A stretch of 64,000 nucleotides of DNA from Oikopleura dioica (taxonomy: Eukaryota > Animalia > Chordata), in the NCBI GenBank assembly GCA_907165135.1, contig OU015568.1, positions 5,084,001 through 5,148,000 on the forward strand. Reading direction: 5' to 3'. Position 1 is the stretch's first letter, and every line of letters begins with the position of its first letter. Under the pieces are notes generated by a model. That model ran no database searches. It saw nothing but the letters and a program-made list of their open reading frames with translations, and had not been told where the DNA came from. A program made the position numbers and the translations under genes. Below are positions 60,978-64,000 of this stretch, one piece after another.

Positions 60978-63900
60978 CTAGTACTTGAGAAAATAAGGGA
61001 ACGGGCGGCTGAGGAAGTCTTTATCATCTTCATCCCAGCAAGCAAAGCCTCTTGATTCGAGATAGTCTTGTCCCCCGCCTCGTTTTCGGATGCCACGGGC
61101 GTTCAGTTCACCGGACTCCTTGAACTGCCGGTAGAAGTGGGCAATGGCAGGAACATAATCTAAAAGTGAATGAATTAACAAATCAAGGAAGAAGATTGTA
61201 CCTCTGGCGAAAAGCCGATAACCCATGCTATAAAAGGGAGGCACCTTCCAGCAACAGCCGTCGAGTTGATTTTGATAATTGAGGACTTTTTCATCAACCG
61301 AACTGGCCGTCATCGCTTTGCTTTTTGGCAACGGCTTGCTGAACTGGAACTCTTTGTCGATTGTTGGCAGCCAAAGACGCTCGGAAATGGTCGAGTTTTG
61401 CAACGCCGATGCTATAAGAAAAATGAATTGATGTGAGAATGCAGGATAACTCTTACTCTCAAGGTAGCATTGAATTTCTTGCTGGAGCGAGTGATGGCGA
61501 TTTGAGTCCATTCTAGGAGCTCGGCAACAACTGTTCGTTGTGTCGGACTTGGCGGAAGACCAGGTTTCCTGGATGCTGCAGGTTCGGCGATCAAGTAAGC
61601 TCATAACTAAAAAGTTATCAAGGGACAATTTTCAGCTCTCTTTACCGGATGTAAATCGTCTCATCTTCACCAAGTCATCGAACTCGTCTTCGTCCATTGA
61701 AATCCTCCTGTATTTCACCCCTTCGTTCATTAATTTCCACCGATTTACAGCTATGAATCTGACTCCGCCGTTATAAAGGGAGAGGAGTTTGTCTTTCTTG
61801 CTGTCAAGAAAAGCTATTCTGCTGAAATCTTGAATTTCCTGAGGTTTTCCGTCTTTTTCGTTTTCTTCCTTGTCGAGTTTTCGGACTCCGCAAGTATCAA
61901 GGAGCGGGGAAGAATTGGCCAAAGGATAGGCACAGCTCCACAGTTGAAGCTGCAAAAGGCACTGGCGGTATGAATGGCAGTAGTTTGTCAAGGTCGCAGC
62001 GTTTTCTAGAGCGAAGTTGAGAGAATGAAAGGATATTGGTGCCCTTTATTTCGAGTGGATTTACCTTGGGATAGGAAAAAGCCTTTGTCAAGAGCAACGA
62101 GTCGCAAAAAACTAATGAGGTCTTTTCGCTGCATGCAAGTAAGTGCCACTTCTATGCATTTCTGTTGCTCCTCTGCGTCGATATTCGACTTTTCAGGATT
62201 CAACCCGGAGTTCGCTTCGATCGTTTCTCCGGAAAAGATGATCGGAACTAGAAAACTCTTTCTCAAAAGCTCTTCAAACAGATCTTACCTTTCGTCTTGT
62301 CGATGAAATTCTTTAGCGCTCTCCAGAAGCCCTCGTCCTCGGAAAAGAGCAAATCGACGTTGGAGAAATAGATAAGCGTGTCTTTACTCTTCTCCGCGGT
62401 TTTCATGGCTTCTTTGACTTTCGAAATTTTGAAGAAGTTTTGTATGGCTGTTTTCTTCTGCTGAAGGCGCTCTGATTGAGTTGCTTCACTCAGCGTTTCA
62501 CGGAGGACAGATCCGCTTCGTTCTTGCCCAGGGTGGACTTCGATAACCTAAAAAAGAGAAATTAAGTTGCAAGAAAACATCTGGAGTCGTGGGACCTGAG
62601 TAACAGGTGCGAAAGAATTGACTATCAATTATTTACGAATTGCCTAAATCGGAGCAGCGGGAAAACACCTGGAATATGCTGTATAAAACTGTCAAAAATC
62701 CAAAATCCACACTCAAAAATAAAATGAAGCGAAGATAAATAAGAAAAATCGCTCTATTCCCTGAAATAAAATGGAATAGAGTGCTTTCTATAATTTATAA
62801 TCAAGAAATAGTGGACGAGATCCAGGCTTACATCCGAGCATTGGCGCCTTCATAAAAATTTGTAATTACAATCAAATTTTTGATAAATTTCATTCAAAAT
62901 TAAATTATTTTTAACGAAAAAAACGGTTATTAAAAAACCTATTCGACTCCAACAAGTCTTCTTTTGCTACCTTAAAATTGTATTCCTTCGCGCAAGCATG
63001 AACAAACGCGGCTTTTCCAAGCCCCGACATTCCAAACAAAAACACCGTCTTCGAGTCCGGTACATTTTCCTTTTCCAAAACATACTCTTCGTCGCTGCTG
63101 TCCGAATCGCTGCGTCGTCTTGATCCCTTCTTTTTGGTTTTCTTCTTCTGTTTCCCATTGTTCGACTGAGGGGCGACTGCTTCTGCTTTTGAACTTTGAG
63201 ATTGTTCTCGCCGCTTGTCAGCTAGGCAGCGCCAGTCGTACATCCATGAAGCTACTCGATTCTTGTCGCTGGAGTCTCCTCCGATGAAATCTGGCAGTTT
63301 TACCGGCTGGTATAGTCGGGTGAACTAGAATTTTAAATGAACATTTCGCACCATCATGAGTTCTATGAGAGCTCTTCTCTTGTTGGAAAGCTTAAAAAAC
63401 TCAACCAAAAAGTTCAGGTTTTCTCAAAAGAAATCTGTTGTAACTAACCTGAAGAAGATCGCTTTCCTCAGAAATGCCCTGGTTGCTCACTCGTTTCCAA
63501 TTCTCCGCCACATCCATGCTCTTATTCGCCTTTTGAATCTTCCCGAGAATCTTCTCAATATCTTCGTCGTTGATGATCAAGTTTCGTTCCGCCCGCTCAA
63601 TCCTCTTCTCCAGATGCAGCTGGAAATCGCCATCTTTTAACTCGCAATACTTTTTCCAGCTCTTTACTTTTTCATCTTCTTTCGCGTAAAAATCTAGTTC
63701 TTCTTTGGTAATTGGTGGCTCGGTCTTCTTCGCGGGTTGCTGGGGTTTTTCGTCGTCTGAGTCGATTTCGATCACTGGGCCATTTGAAGACGATTTTGAC
63801 GAAGATTTCGACGATTTGTTGGGCGTCTCCTTAGCAGTGTTCATGAGTTTTTTCAACCCATTGACTTTCACTGGCGTTCCGTTTTCAACGAGTTTGGCGC

Positions 63901-64000
63901 TAGAATTCCTCTTTGATGATGGAGTCTGGGCTTTGGAAGAAGTAGTAGAGGAATTTCTACGAGCTTTTGGGGTCGCTTTAGCGCTGGATTTGGCGAGTTT
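60978..64000 (-). CDS. ATAD5: ATAD5/ELG1-like AAA+ clamp unloader subunit; 5' end lies outside the window
   Basis: VFLFGMSGLGKAAFVHACAKEYNFKV..EVHPGQERSG..L.EATQS and LIYFSNVDLLFSEDEGFWRALKNF..PIIFS match ATAD5 motifs; long Lys/Ser-rich N-terminal region. Confidence 0.85.

Overview
Compact, AT-rich eukaryotic (animal) genomic DNA with dense multi-exon genes, many introns of about 35-90 nt, and several non-canonical GA-AG and GC-AG introns. This pattern strongly suggests the larvacean tunicate Oikopleura (inference, not provable from the window). From left to right the window holds: HPD with an intronic tRNA-Glu and a perfect 70-bp hairpin; a ShKT-repeat secreted protein; a divergent connexin; a secreted protein with three 8-Cys EGF-like modules; three tandem type II membrane CUB-trypsin-CUB proteases; CAPS2; a long gene fusing an O-fucosyltransferase-like domain to a WSCD-type sulfotransferase domain; MFSD11; a Kir/GIRK-like channel; a chitin-binding mucin; a double-trypsin protease; a four-member orphan gene family; tRNA-Ser; a SAM methyltransferase; and the 3' part of ATAD5. 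The most striking signal is three unrelated TIR DNA elements inserted inside coding exons, whose flanks rejoin in frame. At least one (TTAA target, 36811-38133) carries a canonical AG|GT donor in its TIR and gains an AG acceptor from the target site, so it could be spliced out as a new intron (introner-like). All gene models were spliced by hand, so exon boundaries are approximate unless stated.
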